64,000 nt of DNA, taken from NCBI GenBank assembly GCA_032718475.1, contig JAUCBJ010006632.1, forward strand, positions 12,596 through 76,595, in the 5' to 3' direction. The DNA comes from Nemertoderma westbladi. Taxonomy: Eukaryota; Animalia; Xenacoelomorpha. Positions 1-12,603 of the stretch are shown here, piece by piece (within the stretch, counting starts at the first letter, position 1; each line of letters starts with the position of its first letter). Made by a program: the position numbers and the translations under genes. Under the pieces are notes generated by a model. It saw only the letters and a program-made list of their open reading frames with translations, was not told where the DNA came from and made no database searches.

Positions 1-806
1 TTCGACTACAATGACGAGCTGAATGAGGTGATAGATCGATACAACGATAAGATTCGCAATGAACACGCCGTACGATTCTTTACTCAAGAAGTTGTAGAGC
101 CTAATTCCTACGACAAGGCTCTATCTGTCAAGGAGGAAAGAGCCAAGCAGATACAGGAAACGACCACCCGTTTTCTCAAAGATCAAGGTAGATATGAAAT
201 TGGTCTTCCATTCTGACGGCGAGAACCAAACTTTATCAATAACAGACCTTTAGTGGAGAAGAGAATCGCGCAACTACATCGGCATCTTACGGCCAATGCT
301 TCCGCTAAGGAGATGTATAAGACACAGCTAAAGAAATTCATCGATAAGGGATACGCGGAGCGAGTACCAGAAGAAACACCCGTAACTGAGAGAACGTATT
401 ATCTAACACATCATTACGTTCCCAAACCCAGTAAACCCAACGAAGTCCGGGTAGTATTCTACGGCTCCGCCCTTTACATGGGCCAATCACTTAATTCTGA
501 GTTGTTGCCGGGACCCAACTTACTCCAATCCTTGTTGGGAATACTCTTAAGATTGCGGCAATATTCTATCGCTTTCGCCTCAGATATAGAAGGCATGTTC
601 TTACAAGTTAAGGCGCTGGATAGGGATCGAGACAGCCTATGATTTCTGTGGTGGCCTGAAGGAGATCTCAACCTAAAACCGGTGGAGTACTGGATGACCA
701 TCCAGGCATTCGGGTTCATCTCAAGCCCCTCGAACGCTTGCTCAGTAGTGTGTACCACTGCTGATGACAACCGAGACGCCTTCTCTAAAGCGGTTATCGA
801 CAACAT
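1..806 (+). pseudogene. pol: BEL/Pao element A, pol fragment (pre-RT and RT N-terminal part), interrupted at 806 by element B
   Basis: ORFs 28-216 and 253-642 (YYLTHHYVPKP..VRVVF..LNSELLPGPNLL..ILLRLRQ..DIEGMFLQV) are typical Pao RT and nearly match B pol; internal stops; the reading ..VIDNI continues as KRYIYMDNNLKS at 17422. Confidence 0.93.
802..806. repeat. 5-bp target-site duplication AACAT of element B (second copy 17417-17421)
   Basis: aacat|TGTTCGCG at 802-807 and TTTTACA|aacat at 17416-17421. Confidence 0.95.
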
Positions 807-2000
807 TGTTCGCGCTTTCAGACCTTTGGCAGTTTAACCCGCCAAATTAGGATGTCTTCTAGATATTAAATCGCCTTTTAGCCTATGACAAGTATTTGAT
901 TCACTACACTAGTCGAAACCAATCTGTGCGCGATCATTCACCCGCTGGTTATACCCGGGAGATTGGGTTCGACGGCTTAATCTTATTGCTATGTAAGCCT
1001 AATGTATTATTCGACTGACAGTATTATATAATCTCTGACAATATTATTCACCTTCGGGGAATATTAACAGTTCCTTTAGGACGTGGCGCTCTATCTATAT
1101 AAACAGAGTTATGACTTAAACTACTCACAACGATATGGTTTAGTTATAATTCACATATATGGCGCATTCTTTAGGAAATGCTTCTTTAACAGACTCACTC
1201 ATATACAATGCTGCACAATACTGCACACTAATCTGCCGATCTTCACTGATTTTAGTCACATATAAAAGGAACACAGACTGACTCATGTAGGGTCTATCAA
1301 ATAACATTCGATTCACTTCAAACCACTTTAACATAAGTCACAATCGTTTATCTGTAACCCTTCTCTCTTACCTTCGGTATATCAAGAATATTGGGTTTCG
1401 GGGTTATTTATCGTTATTCCAAATATAATAATTCATCAACCATATTATGAATAACTGACAGTAAATAGCAGTATAAAACAACAACTGAACACTGATTGTT
1501 ATGAGTTTGCAATGTTTCAGCAGTTTGTATGGTCAGATCAGGTCAGCAGTTAAAGGATATATGTCCTTATAATTAAACCTACTAGTGTTGGGCTAAAAAG
1601 CAGAAAAGCACAAAACACTACAAAGCCGTTCTTTCGTGGCTTTGAAACTCGTGACTACTGCTCTATACGAGGATACCAACTACACTTATTCCACGAAGCT
1701 CCCGTTCAACACAGAGAAAGAGCAGTGAGATAGGAAAAATTCAGTTCAGTAGCTCTGTGATAGGTCAAAATCAAGGCTAACTCAAATTCTATTGGGAGAT
1801 ACAAAAACAGGGCTATGACGCAACCTTCCTAGGCTGGTTGGCCGATTAAACAGAGCCCAGATACCTGCGTACAGCAAATCAGCCAATAAGCTGGTAGCTT
1901 GCACTATTTTAACTATAGATCCCTTTTTGAGTATTCTAGCGACCGGGGGGGAACTGGCCAGCAAAGCAAACGAACCAGTTATCCCACAAAAGCTTTTACA
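807..2000 (-). repeat. 3' LTR of element B (1194 bp)
   Basis: Direct repeat of 16223-17416; only two substitutions noticed by eye. Confidence 0.96.
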
Positions 2001-2008
2001 CCGCTCCC
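2001..2008 (-). promoter_or_regulatory. Short polypurine tract of B (GGGAGCGG on minus strand)
   Basis: Abuts the 3' LTR; same GGAGCGG ending as element C. Confidence 0.7.
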
Positions 2009-2039
2009 AGAAAATGGGATTTAAGTCTATAAAATATAC

Positions 2040-3410
2040 AAAATCACAGTTTCTAAAATATTAAAATACTCTAAACAGTTAGTCTTTCTTGCGTGGACGG
2101 CGTTTACGCAGTTTCTTGAGGCTAGCGAGAGTCCTTTTCTCTTTGGGGCGAGCCACTTTATGAGGAGGGCTGTAGCTCCTAGGCGAAGGGTGCAATATGA
2201 TTGCATTAGAAGGTTTGGGTTTACGGTCGGTGTCTCGTCCATTTCGATATGCTTCTCCTCGAGCTGATTTTCCTCCGCTTGTCATGGGATACGTTCGTCC
2301 AAAACTCTCGCAAAGAATAGGGTTTTCTAAGCTTGATATCTTCTTTGAGATTCGAGATTTCCCAATCGAACTGAGATAAGGCCAATTCGTTTATCGATTG
2401 GACTTACTGTTATAACTTACGTTTATCTGAACAAACGCAGATTTCTTTTTTGATCTTTATAGAATAGCGTTTAACTCGTTTTGTACAACGCTCTCCTTCA
2501 CCTTGATGAAGGGTTGTATCGCGTTAAACGGGACGACCATACGGTTGGATAGTGATATTAGGTGTCCGCGTCATAATCCGGCTAGGTAAGATGGGCGGCT
2601 AGGTAGAAATCACTGTCGGAGTGTTACCGATTAATTGTTAGGGTAGCACTAGATCTTTGAACAGTGAATACAGTCCGCGAGGATCCGCGACACCACCAGG
2701 ATCGCAGGTCTGAGGTCCAACTAAGGAATGAGGAGGTTTGACCGAGTATTCCGGGACTTTGATCGTAGGTTTACTCCAGGATCGTTCGAGCCGAGTGAGC
2801 ATAGGTGATACGTCAAACAAGTTTCGCTCGAAACTCCAGTAAATATAACGAGCACAACTGTGTTTAACACAACGTTTCCGTGGATGTTTATGTCTTTCCG
2901 TTTATTAGTTGGGTCTAGGGCATTTATCGTAATAATACCAAAGACGCACGTCTGGTAGGGGAAACGCGGGTGATATTTATTTGTTGTTACAATGCTTCTG
3001 TCAAGAATTCCAAATATACGTTGGAGTTACCGCGTTTATTTGTTTCTTTAGTGTCTTTTCTTTCGAGTCTATTTCGAATAGAAATTTCGCATTCGAATTT
3101 CAGTTTATGGTTCTGACTCCGCTGGGCAGGATATATAGTCGACATAGTCCGTATTATGTAAATCGATAGGATGACCAGTAGTTAAGAAGACCATATACGT
3201 ACCATTACGCTGCATATATCGAGCGGCGAATTTTCTATAGTCCAACTCGCGCGCGAGCTGCTCTTGGGACATTGGCGGTTCGATATAACGACCATCGTCC
3301 TCCGCAGCAGTTGGACTAACGTCGCCGCGTATTAAGCTATCAACAAACGCTTGTAAAAGTAGAGTATATCGCTCCCCGATACCAAGACCATCTTCTATCA
3401 ACTCCGTCAT
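2040..3410 (-). pseudogene. Remnant of B accessory ORF (N-terminal part only; exonuclease and zinc knuckles absent)
   Basis: MTELIEDGLGIGERY.. and FDVSPMLTRLERS..VPEYSVKPPHSLV match A 22019-23370; similarity to A stops near 2233 (gaaatggacgaga). Confidence 0.85.
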
Positions 3411-5037
3411 ATCTGCTATATATGAGTTTATCCATATTATAATGAGTTTATATTTAGGCGAGCGGGCGTCGCTGCCTACCCCAATCAACCCCCGGACAGT
3501 ACGAGATCCTCAGCGCCGATGTGTCGTCGCCGCTGTACTTTCGCCAACGACGTAGCCGCACAACGACAACGACAACCGGCACAAGTCACTCGACTGTCCG
3601 TCCCAAAGGCTTAGATATACCTCAGGTTCTTACTGGAGAGTTAGGGTTACTTTCACAATTGCGACTCGCTACTGTAAACACACCTTAGTAGTAACATTCG
3701 CCTATAAACTCACAAATACCACACACACAACTTGTCACAAATTACACACACTCGGGTCACTTGTCCGTTAGTCAATGCCTTCCAGAATGTCACTGTATTA
3801 TTATGTATCCTTGGATACTAGCAGTGCGCTATTTATTCCCTATGCTATTCAATGGGACAAGCTTTCTATTGTTCCTTTAACTCAATTCTAATTCTAGCGT
3901 GGTTGTTGCTATGGTGACATTATGTAAAGCTAGCGGTAGAATTAGGGTAATTCCAATGCATACAGATCTGGGATGTTATTTAATAGTAATTCTTTAATAG
4001 TCAATGTCCTGTTTTATACATGACTTTATGAATTTTATCGGCTATTGACTATGTTTGGGAGACTTTCGTACACGCATACGCATAATAATATAAATCTCCG
4101 CTCCCCTGATCTATTAATTAATGGAATTTTGGGAATGTTATAAATTGCGTAAAATGGCAATTTATTAAATTCATTAAAAGACATGAATTTAAATTTATTC
4201 CCTGAAATTTTATTATTTGACACTTAAATAGACATATTTTGATTCTAAAACATGTCTGGGGACACAAGATCCTTAATTCTACGAAAATTGTCCTTTTAAG
4301 AATATCGGTAAATGCTACGATATCTTAATCGACTAGAATTGTTAAAGGATCTGAATTTTGCAGATTTTGACATATTAGATTTGCAAATATTAAATAATTA
4401 ATATTTGAGATGGGCACCGATTTATTCCAGAACTTGTCTGGGGACGTTAACCACTGATTCTATAATTTGTCTTTCAAGTATATCGGTGGGTGCCACGATA
4501 TCTTAATCGACTAGAATTACAGATGGTCAAAGGGTTTAACAGATTTATTTTGCGTTATACGCTACTGTTAAAGGGACATCACGCTACTATATGTATTATT
4601 TAATATACGGTATGAGAGCAATATCGCACGAAGCAATGTCAGTGTGAAGAGGCAAGTCGTTTCCAAGGTCTACCAAGAGCTTGGTTTAGCCGAGACACGA
4701 GGATCTGAACTTTGCATTCCTAATACTCTGCCTACCAATAATACTTTAATATAGTAGTGGCTTTATTGTACTTTAATAAGTACGGACATTTCATCTTACT
4801 GTAGTTACGTATTTATAATATAATACGGACAGTAAGGAAAGAGAAAAATAATTATTTCTTCGCCGTCGCACTAAATATAATATAAGTAATTACGTACGTA
4901 ATAAACACGAATATATTGCACTATTCTACTAAATTAAATAAAACGATTATAATAAAATTACATAGTAATACATACATAAATATAAAAATAATAAAATAAT
5001 ATAAAATAATAGAGTCACACGCCCACTCCGAACGATA

Positions 5038-6600
5038 TTAAGTTGGGGAGTCCCTAGATGTCGGTTGGATTAGGGAAGTGGTCGTGGGAAGAGTTTCTTG
5101 CCTTCCATAGTTTCCGGAGAGCTCTCTGTCTCTTTCCAGTAAACATAAACGACCCACTGGGCGATTGAGCTGTTGAGTCTCAAAGACTATCCCTGGTTTC
5201 TTAAAGTTCCGCCGCATGACGACGAGCTCTACTGATCTCACCAAACCATCGCTCGAGATATAAGTCTCGATGATACGTCCTGTTTGCCATCGCTTACGTG
5301 GGAGATCGGGGTCCACAATAAGCACCATGTCTCCAGCGCTGACGTTTTCTTGCTGCGCAAACCACTTAGTTCGAAGTTGTAGAGTGGGCAGGTAATGTTT
5401 CTCGAAATGGTCAGCGAAACGACGGGATAGCAACTGCATAAGTTGCCAGGTTCGACGACAGTACTCGTCTCCGTCTGTGATCTCCGATCGTGGGAGCATG
5501 GCTACGGGCTTCTTCAGTAGAAAGTGCGCGGGTGTTAGCGCTTCCAGGGAATCAGGATTTGAAGAGACTGGCATAAGCGGTCTTTCGTTGAGATAGGCGG
5601 CGATTTCCTCCATTAACGTCCGCAATAATTCGTCGGTGAGATAAGCGCGACAAGGCACAATAAAGTGGAACGCAGTCTTCACGCTCCTAATCAATCTCTC
5701 CCAACTTCCTCCCCACCAAGGGGCGTCGGCGGCGTTGAAGGTCCAGCTAGACGCTGTTATCCTTAGCTGATCGTCCACCTGTCTTATGTTCCAGTCCTTT
5801 ACGTAAGCTTGAATTTCGTTATTGGCGCCAATGAAGTTCGTTCCCTTATCCGATCTCATCGTGTTACTGGTTCCGAAGCGAGCGATCTGTCGTCGTAAAC
5901 TCAACACGAAGCTGTTGGTGGATAGATCGTTTACCATATCGAGATGGATAGCTCTACAAGTCATACAAACGAAGATGACACACCATCTCTTGACTATAGT
6001 TCGGGCACGATATACTTCAATAGGGCCAAATAAATCCACACCGGTATTAGTAAAGGGTGGTTCATAGAAGCTTACTCTTTCCCTAGGTAATTCTGCCTCT
6101 CGCTGTGTTAAAGGCCTACTGAATGCTTTCTTACAGGGTATGCAGTTCCTAAGAACTTGGTTCAGAGCCCTACGGGGTTTATAAAAATAGTAGCGAGTTC
6201 GAATTTCACTCAGAACTCGTTCTCTACCAGCATGGTACAGTTTGCTATGAACATCTACAATTATCTTGATTTGTATGTCAAGATTTCTAATAAGTATGGG
6301 AAACTTAGTGTCAAAGGATAATGGGGCGTTTGTTAGCCGACCCCCAACACGTATTAACCCATCTATCATGGTACTAGAGAAGCGATCCCTTAAGCGCATC
6401 TGCGGATTTCTTAACAACAGGAAATACTTATCGGAATCCTCATAGCATTGTAGGAGTCTCAGCATCTGTTTGTTGGTTTCATCATGCTCCTGGTAACTGA
6501 TCTTCTCCTTTAGAAACCTGTCGGATATCTTGTACTTTGGAAGATCTTTAACAGCATGGACTCGTGCAGATGTTGATGGAGCATCATCACTATTCATCAT
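5038..6600 (-). CDS. pol: B pol C-terminal segment: integrase (HHCC zinc finger, DDE core, C-terminal Pao domain)
   Basis: H-x3-H..CIPC, TGVDLFGP, RSDKGTNF, PWWGGSWERLI, LTPAHFL, GDMVLI..W.TGRI..DGLVRSV. Confidence 0.93.
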   Translation of the reverse strand: MMNSDDAPSTSARVHAVKDLPKYKISDRFLKEKISYQEHDETNKQMLRLLQCYEDSDKYFLLLRNPQMRLRDRFSSTMIDGLIRVGGRLTNAPLSFDTKFPILIRNLDIQIKIIVDVHSKLYHAGRERVLSEIRTRYYFYKPRRALNQVLRNCIPCKKAFSRPLTQREAELPRERVSFYEPPFTNTGVDLFGPIEVYRARTIVKRWCVIFVCMTCRAIHLDMVNDLSTNSFVLSLRRQIARFGTSNTMRSDKGTNFIGANNEIQAYVKDWNIRQVDDQLRITASSWTFNAADAPWWGGSWERLIRSVKTAFHFIVPCRAYLTDELLRTLMEEIAAYLNERPLMPVSSNPDSLEALTPAHFLLKKPVAMLPRSEITDGDEYCRRTWQLMQLLSRRFADHFEKHYLPTLQLRTKWFAQQENVSAGDMVLIVDPDLPRKRWQTGRIIETYISSDGLVRSVELVVMRRNFKKPGIVFETQQLNRPVGRLCLLERDRELSGNYGRQETLPTTTSLIQPTSRDSPT

Positions 6601-6609
6601 TCATCATCA

Positions 6610-7725
6610 TCACTTTGTCCCGGAGTAACGATGATGAAAACATCGTTTCAAATAAGTAACAGCTTTACAAAGCCGATTCCAGGAACTGTAGTGACGTATC
6701 GCTCTCTGCAAGAGAGGTGAGAGTCCTTGCGAGATATCTGGTATTCCAGATTTCCAATCCTTGTCACGGATTTCCAAGATTTCTTTAGTCGTGGCAGTGG
6801 GTTTCTGATCCAAAGCATCCTCTCCGGAAGTAAATAATACAGATAGATCAACCGCAGGTTTAAACAACTTCGATTTACTCGCTCGAGTTTTGGGTTTAAC
6901 TTTCTCCGCTCCCTTGGCCTGTCTGATCTCTGCGGTTGTGAGATGGGGAGGCCATTCTTCTTCTTCTCGGTAGAGAAAGCTGGGTCCACCTAACCATTCA
7001 GGAGTATTTACCAATTCCTTTGGAGTCGCTCCTCGGGAAGCGATGTCTGCTGGATTAATCGTTCCGGGGCAATGTCTCCATTGGTCCATCGTCGTGCGAC
7101 TAAGTATGATGGATACTCTGTTGGTAACAAAGACGCTGAACTGACAGACTTCATTGGTTATATACTCTAACACGAGTAAAGCGTCGGTCCAATAGACAGT
7201 TTTCTCTAATGGATAGTCAATCTGTTCTGTTACATTCCGGCCGATGGCTGTAGCGTATAGAGCCGCTTTTAACTCCGCTCGAGGAACTTTCAACTTGTTG
7301 TTGATTAATGCCTTAGAAGTAACCAAGGCGACTTTGATTCCATCCGGAGTTTCCACCCTTAGATAGGCTACTATACCTATTCCCATATTGCTGGCGTCTC
7401 CAAACACATGGAGTTGATAGGAATACGTAGGGAGAACATGACCAAAATATGAACGGGATATTATAAAATCCTCAATAGCTGGCAGAGAATCTTCCCATTT
7501 CATCCACTTCTTTAATAATTCTCCCTTAAGTGGATCGTCCCATGAGTGGTTTTCAAGCCACATTTGTTGTACCAAACTCCGAGCAATCAATATAACTGAG
7601 CTAATAAATCCCAATGGATCGAAATAAGTGCTCAGTATACTTAAGCAAATCCGTTTGGTTCGAACTGGATTATCTCGCTGTTTTAGTTGGAAAAACAGGA
7701 TATCTCGCTCTGTGTCCCATTTCAA
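6610..7725 (-). CDS. pol: B pol middle segment: RT thumb and RNase H-like (Pao 'Peptidase_A17') region
   Basis: TKRICLS..FDPLGFI, LHVFGDAS, VPRAELKAA, YWTDA, FVTNRV, WRHCPGTINPADIASRG. Confidence 0.92.
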   Translation of the reverse strand: MKWDTERDILFFQLKQRDNPVRTKRICLSILSTYFDPLGFISSVILIARSLVQQMWLENHSWDDPLKGELLKKWMKWEDSLPAIEDFIISRSYFGHVLPTYSYQLHVFGDASNMGIGIVAYLRVETPDGIKVALVTSKALINNKLKVPRAELKAALYATAIGRNVTEQIDYPLEKTVYWTDALLVLEYITNEVCQFSVFVTNRVSIILSRTTMDQWRHCPGTINPADIASRGATPKELVNTPEWLGGPSFLYREEEEWPPHLTTAEIRQAKGAEKVKPKTRASKSKLFKPAVDLSVLFTSGEDALDQKPTATTKEILEIRDKDWKSGIPDISQGLSPLLQRAIRHYSSWNRLCKAVTYLKRCFHHRYSGTK

Positions 7726-10700
7726 GCCGAGTGTCTTGTTTCTGGCAGATCATCTTTGATCAAATCGAGATCTTTCGCTCCTCGATCCTCCGCAGGGATC
7801 GACTCCAGAAACTCACGGGAGTTGCTGGTGAATTTCGTTAATCGAAACCCACCTCTTTTTAAGCACTCTACCGTTCCTTTAGCGACCTCAATGGCTTCCT
7901 CAACTGATGGAAGGGACTTCAGATTGTCGTCCATGTATATGTCCCTCTTAATGTTGTCGATCACTTCCTTAGAGAAGGCCTCTCGGTTGTCCTCTGCAGT
8001 GGTACGCACTACTGAACAGGCGTTGGAAGGGCTTGAGATTATTCCAAAGGCCTGGATGGTCATCCAGTACTCCACCGGTTTCTGGTTGAGGTCTCCTTCG
8101 GGCCACCATAGAAATCGTAGGCTATCTCGATCCCTATCCAACACTTTGACTTGCAAGAACATGCCTTCTATATCGGAGGCGAAAGCAATCGAATATTGTC
8201 TCAATCTTAAAAGAATTCCCAACAAAGATTGAAGTAAGTTGGGTCCGGGTAACAATTCAGAGTTAAGGGATTGACCCATGTAAAGAGCGGAGCCATCAAA
8301 CACTACTCTCACTTCATGTGGCTTACCGGGTTTAGGAACGTAATGGTGAGTTAAGTAATACGTTCTTTCGGTCACAGGTGTTTCTTCCGGTACTCTCTCC
8401 GCGTATCCCTTATTAATAAATTTTTCCAGCTGTGTTTGATACATTGCTTTAGCTGAAGAATTGGCCGTAAGGCGTCGATGGAGTTGCGCGATTCTTTTTT
8501 CCGCCAAAGGTCTGTTATTGATGAACTTCGGTTCTCTCTTGCGAAAAGGTAAACCGACTTCATACCTACCTTGATCTTTGATGAAACGTGTAGTCGTCTC
8601 TTGGATCTGCTTGGCCCTTTCCTCTTCCACCGATAAGGCTTTATCGTAGGAATTGGGCTCTACCGCCTCTTGCGTAAAGAATCGTACAGCATGTTCATCT
8701 CGAGTCTTGGCATTACAACGCTCAATGACGTCATTTAACTCGTCGTTATAAGTTTCTCGTTCAGATGGATAGAGAAGTTGACATAAGTTCACTTGATTTT
8801 GCCAAGCCTCGTTTTCCTTAAGGAGATCAATGGTATTCTCCTCATCAAAAAGCTGGTGAATGTCGTCGTTGTCTGAGGAGTATGGAGTTCCCTCAGTTAA
8901 ATCGTCTCCCTCACTAGTATCATCTTCCCATTCACTCACCTGGCAGACGCGCTCTTGCGGTAGTCTTTCTCTGAGTGTTCTACGGGAAGGTCCAGTAAAG
9001 TACCAACCTACTCTAGTTCTTACCGCATAGGTCTGCAGTGGCTGCGGTTGAGCAGGCCGTTTCTCTAATGTCTCCAGCGCCTCATGCGCGTTTTGGCCGA
9101 TGAGTATTTGCCCTCCAGGATAATCAGTCTGGAATCGAGGTATGTTAAGATGTTGGATGCTCTCATCCTCGTCCCAATTATAAAGGTCTGCTTGGGTAGT
9201 AGCGAAGTTCTTTATAGCTACCATTTTCACTGACCTGATGCTATGTTCTCCTAGTTCGTCCTGGGGGGTGGACAACGCTCCTACATAATAATCCGCTGTT
9301 ATTGTAGATTTCCAAACTTGCATAATTCCAGACATGTTTAGCGTAGTTCGGAACTTGGGTTGTCCAGCAAATATGTCTTCGGCTAGCTCTTGGTCGATGA
9401 ATGTTCCTGTACTACCGGAGTCAAGGAGGGCGTTCACTACATAACTCCGTTTAGGTCCGTGAACCCTTACCTGTACCACAGGAAATTCTCTAATCCCTAC
9501 ATTGGAAGATGGCTCTTTCCAAGATGGTTGCCGTTCAGAAGTAGTTAGAGTGAGGTCGCTGTCTGTATCTTTTTCATATGTGAGTGCTCGATACACTGCG
9601 GTATTTATCAGGTAACAGGATTCGTTTTCGTCGGAGAACTCATCCGTATAGAATCCTTCCATCTCAGATTGATCAGTGTCGTTCACATCACTGAATTGGA
9701 CATGTAGTTCGGAATCACTTACCTGATTCGGACTATTTCGCTCGAATTCAGCGTGCAACAAGATATGATGTTTCGCACCACACTTTGCACACCTTATGTC
9801 AGAGAAACAGGTACGCCGTTGGTGTCCTTGTCTGAGGCAATTATAACATAACCGCTTATCCCACATGACTTCGCGTCTCTCAGTTAATGATTTCTTTAGA
9901 AATTCATCACACATATTTAAGCGATGGGTCCCGTCGCATAGCGCACATTTCGGTTTGATGTTACTTACCTTATTCTGAGTCACATTGTGTACACTTGCTT
10001 TTTCTTCGGGCTTTCTCACCTGAATTCTCTTGGGAGACGTAGGAGGAGTTTTTCTTACCTGTTCTCTCCTGTCATTTGTTCGAGACTTGAATTTACTTAC
10101 CTGATCTTTAGGCATTTTATTCACGTAATAAGATCTATCAGTGTCCTTCCCGCTATCTTCTCCTTGAGAAGTCTGGCTTTCGCCATCGTCTGTATAACAC
10201 ACTGGTGTTACCTTTCTCCTAGAGACGGGTTTTTCACTTACCTTGTTTTCCGGTGTCTTCTCTCTGGACAGTTTCAGGAGCTGTAATTTCACTTCTCCAT
10301 CTAGGAATGACATGAGATCAGACATGGTAGGGTCTCTTCGTTGTTGTTCCATCATATATAACACTTTCTTATCCCAGCGTGTGCCTACCCCACCTTTCGG
10401 TAAAGTAGAAGCCACAGCTCCAATGACCATAGAACTTTGGTATTCATGAGACTTACCTAACCAATCTAATTGTCTACAGATCTCTTGAATCTCATCGGAA
10501 AACTCTATTATCCCACTGCTGATGAACTTTCTGGGCGCTACTAATTTCGCATATAAATACTTAGCGATATTATTCCTATTACCATACCTGATGTTTAGTG
10601 TATCCCAAACTTGTCTTAATCCGTCTGGATGTCCAATAAACTTTAACGCCATTAACTTGGGAGATCCTTCCAAGCACTCGATGAGGAATCTAAGTTTCTC

Positions 10701-11762
10701 TCCATTAGACAATACAGAGTTCTGTATGTTATCTTTGTAATATTCATTAAAAGGTAACCATTTCATCTCATCTCCATTGAATTTGACTATCTCTCCCACC
10801 TTCACCGCTTGCCGGGCTTCGGTTCTAGCCATTTGACGCGTAAAACTTTCTTGGGCCATCGTGTTATTTAATATCGAGTTATCGGTATATAAATTTCTCG
10901 GATTATGATCCGGTCTATAGGGAATATCATTATCAACAGGTCTATAATTACCCTTAATAGGGTTCACTATAGGAGTTTCTACTTCGCTAGCAGTATAGAT
11001 GCGTGTAGGCTCCACACCTTGCGCATGAGATACTTCAGACCTAACGGGTTGACACATTGTTACAAGGGGTGGTGGTATACCCTTTTGTAAATTTACTAAT
11101 TTATCGCGTTCTAACGCGATATTTTGCTGCACTTCCTGCAATTCTAACCTACTTTCCTTTACTGTTCCCTTTAACTGTTGAACAGTCTCTTCTAACTCTC
11201 GGACCTGTTGGGAGGAGCGAATGTGATTCTCCTCCATCTTTCCGAGGAGAACGTCCATCCCCCGCCGTCTCTCGTCTACCCAATCAACCGCCGAAACGGG
11301 ATCCGCCAACGTTGTAGCGGGCGGACGAGGGACAACGGGCGACAAACCATGAATATTTCGCTCGGAGTCCAGAGTATGAACTATCTCATGGGCTGTTCTG
11401 CTGGGCACAGGTAACTTAGTGCTGTGCAACGGGAATTGAGAGGTAGGTTCAGGGAGTACAGGTGTCTCTACGACCGAAAGTGTGACTTCGGGAACAGGCC
11501 TAACTATTTCAGGCTCATCTACTATAGTAGGGAGTCTCTCTATTGTAATTATTTGTTCTGTGGGTTCTGTACTCGCTAAGTTGGTGTTATTTAGTTGCCT
11601 TCTAACAGCTGGAGGCAAATCAGGCAATTTTTGACGGTGGAACGTTCTTTTACGTCTGCTTAGGCGAGATCGATTTCCTCCGCCTTCAGTGTCGGTGGTA
11701 TCGCCTTCCTCAGATGATGTATAACCCTGTCTTTTGGGAGTCGATCGACTCATCATCTGCAT
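7722..11762 (-). CDS. gag-pol: B gag (capsid-like, BEL-type CCHC knuckles), aspartic protease and RT
   Basis: KFNGDEMKW..F, CALCDGTHRLNMC, CYNCLRQGHQRRTC..CAKCGAKHHILLH, LLDSGSTGTFI, YMDD. Confidence 0.94.
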   Translation of the reverse strand: MQMMSRSTPKRQGYTSSEEGDTTDTEGGGNRSRLSRRKRTFHRQKLPDLPPAVRRQLNNTNLASTEPTEQIITIERLPTIVDEPEIVRPVPEVTLSVVETPVLPEPTSQFPLHSTKLPVPSRTAHEIVHTLDSERNIHGLSPVVPRPPATTLADPVSAVDWVDERRRGMDVLLGKMEENHIRSSQQVRELEETVQQLKGTVKESRLELQEVQQNIALERDKLVNLQKGIPPPLVTMCQPVRSEVSHAQGVEPTRIYTASEVETPIVNPIKGNYRPVDNDIPYRPDHNPRNLYTDNSILNNTMAQESFTRQMARTEARQAVKVGEIVKFNGDEMKWLPFNEYYKDNIQNSVLSNGEKLRFLIECLEGSPKLMALKFIGHPDGLRQVWDTLNIRYGNRNNIAKYLYAKLVAPRKFISSGIIEFSDEIQEICRQLDWLGKSHEYQSSMVIGAVASTLPKGGVGTRWDKKVLYMMEQQRRDPTMSDLMSFLDGEVKLQLLKLSREKTPENKVSEKPVSRRKVTPVCYTDDGESQTSQGEDSGKDTDRSYYVNKMPKDQVSKFKSRTNDRREQVRKTPPTSPKRIQVRKPEEKASVHNVTQNKVSNIKPKCALCDGTHRLNMCDEFLKKSLTERREVMWDKRLCYNCLRQGHQRRTCFSDIRCAKCGAKHHILLHAEFERNSPNQVSDSELHVQFSDVNDTDQSEMEGFYTDEFSDENESCYLINTAVYRALTYEKDTDSDLTLTTSERQPSWKEPSSNVGIREFPVVQVRVHGPKRSYVVNALLDSGSTGTFIDQELAEDIFAGQPKFRTTLNMSGIMQVWKSTITADYYVGALSTPQDELGEHSIRSVKMVAIKNFATTQADLYNWDEDESIQHLNIPRFQTDYPGGQILIGQNAHEALETLEKRPAQPQPLQTYAVRTRVGWYFTGPSRRTLRERLPQERVCQVSEWEDDTSEGDDLTEGTPYSSDNDDIHQLFDEENTIDLLKENEAWQNQVNLCQLLYPSERETYNDELNDVIERCNAKTRDEHAVRFFTQEAVEPNSYDKALSVEEERAKQIQETTTRFIKDQGRYEVGLPFRKREPKFINNRPLAEKRIAQLHRRLTANSSAKAMYQTQLEKFINKGYAERVPEETPVTERTYYLTHHYVPKPGKPHEVRVVFDGSALYMGQSLNSELLPGPNLLQSLLGILLRLRQYSIAFASDIEGMFLQVKVLDRDRDSLRFLWWPEGDLNQKPVEYWMTIQAFGIISSPSNACSVVRTTAEDNREAFSKEVIDNIKRDIYMDDNLKSLPSVEEAIEVAKGTVECLKRGGFRLTKFTSNSREFLESIPAEDRGAKDLDLIKDDLPETRHSA

Positions 11763-11763
11763 A

Positions 11764-12602
11764 TGTGGCTGGCCACGAGAAAAGGGACCTTATGTCGCAA
11801 AACCTGATTCTGAGATAATCGCGTTTAAAGTTTCCCTCTATTTTTGAACAAATTTAATTGGATTATCAATTTAGAAATGTATAAAACGATGAGGGAAATT
11901 CAAATTGGTTCTGATATTCAATATACCTAGGAAATAACTAATTACAGGAAGCAATATAAGATGTTGCAGTATATAACACTGTCTTAGGGTTTTCATGTCT
12001 GAATTTAGGACTGTAATAAAATTGTAATTGCACTACTGTAATACAGTATGTAGGTACTGTAGGCCTACAGTTATTTTTTAAATGCAATATGGCTGTCATT
12101 TTCTTAATTTATCTTCGTTAGTTCTTAAATTTTGTAATCCCAATAAAGAATTCAAAATACAAATAATTTTAAATTTTGTTAAAAATATTTATCTTTTTGG
12201 AAAAATTTTAAATTAAAAAAAAAAATTTTTTGGTTACATGTTTTTTTGAAAATTTTGCAAAAATTTTTTTAAAATAGTTCATGAACAATATTAATAGTTT
12301 CAAAGTGTTAAAAGTTGTATAAAAAGCCGAATAACATTGAGCTGCCTAACTATATAGTTAGAATGCTATGATATTATTAATCTTTTCCATTTTTTTAAAT
12401 AATCGCTTATTATAACCGCTATTAATAAAATTAAAACTACCCGATTCACCTTCACATAAATCGCTATAACTTTTTTTTGGAAATAGATATTGAGACACCG
12501 TTTTTTTTGTTAGAATCTCTGGAAAATTCTGCATCTCATAGGCCTAATAACTCAAAATCGACCTCCGGTGACATAAGGTCCCTTTTCTCGTGGCCAGCCA
12601 CA
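11764..12602. mobile_element. Non-autonomous DNA transposon (MITE) inserted in B gag
   Basis: Perfect 32-bp TIRs GTGGCTGGCCACGAGAAAAGGGACCTTATGTC (11765-11796 / 12570-12601), flanked by ATAT (TA or ATAT TSD); AT-rich non-coding interior; removing 841 bp fuses ..VASN to MQMM.. in frame. Confidence 0.93.
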
Positions 12603-12603
12603 T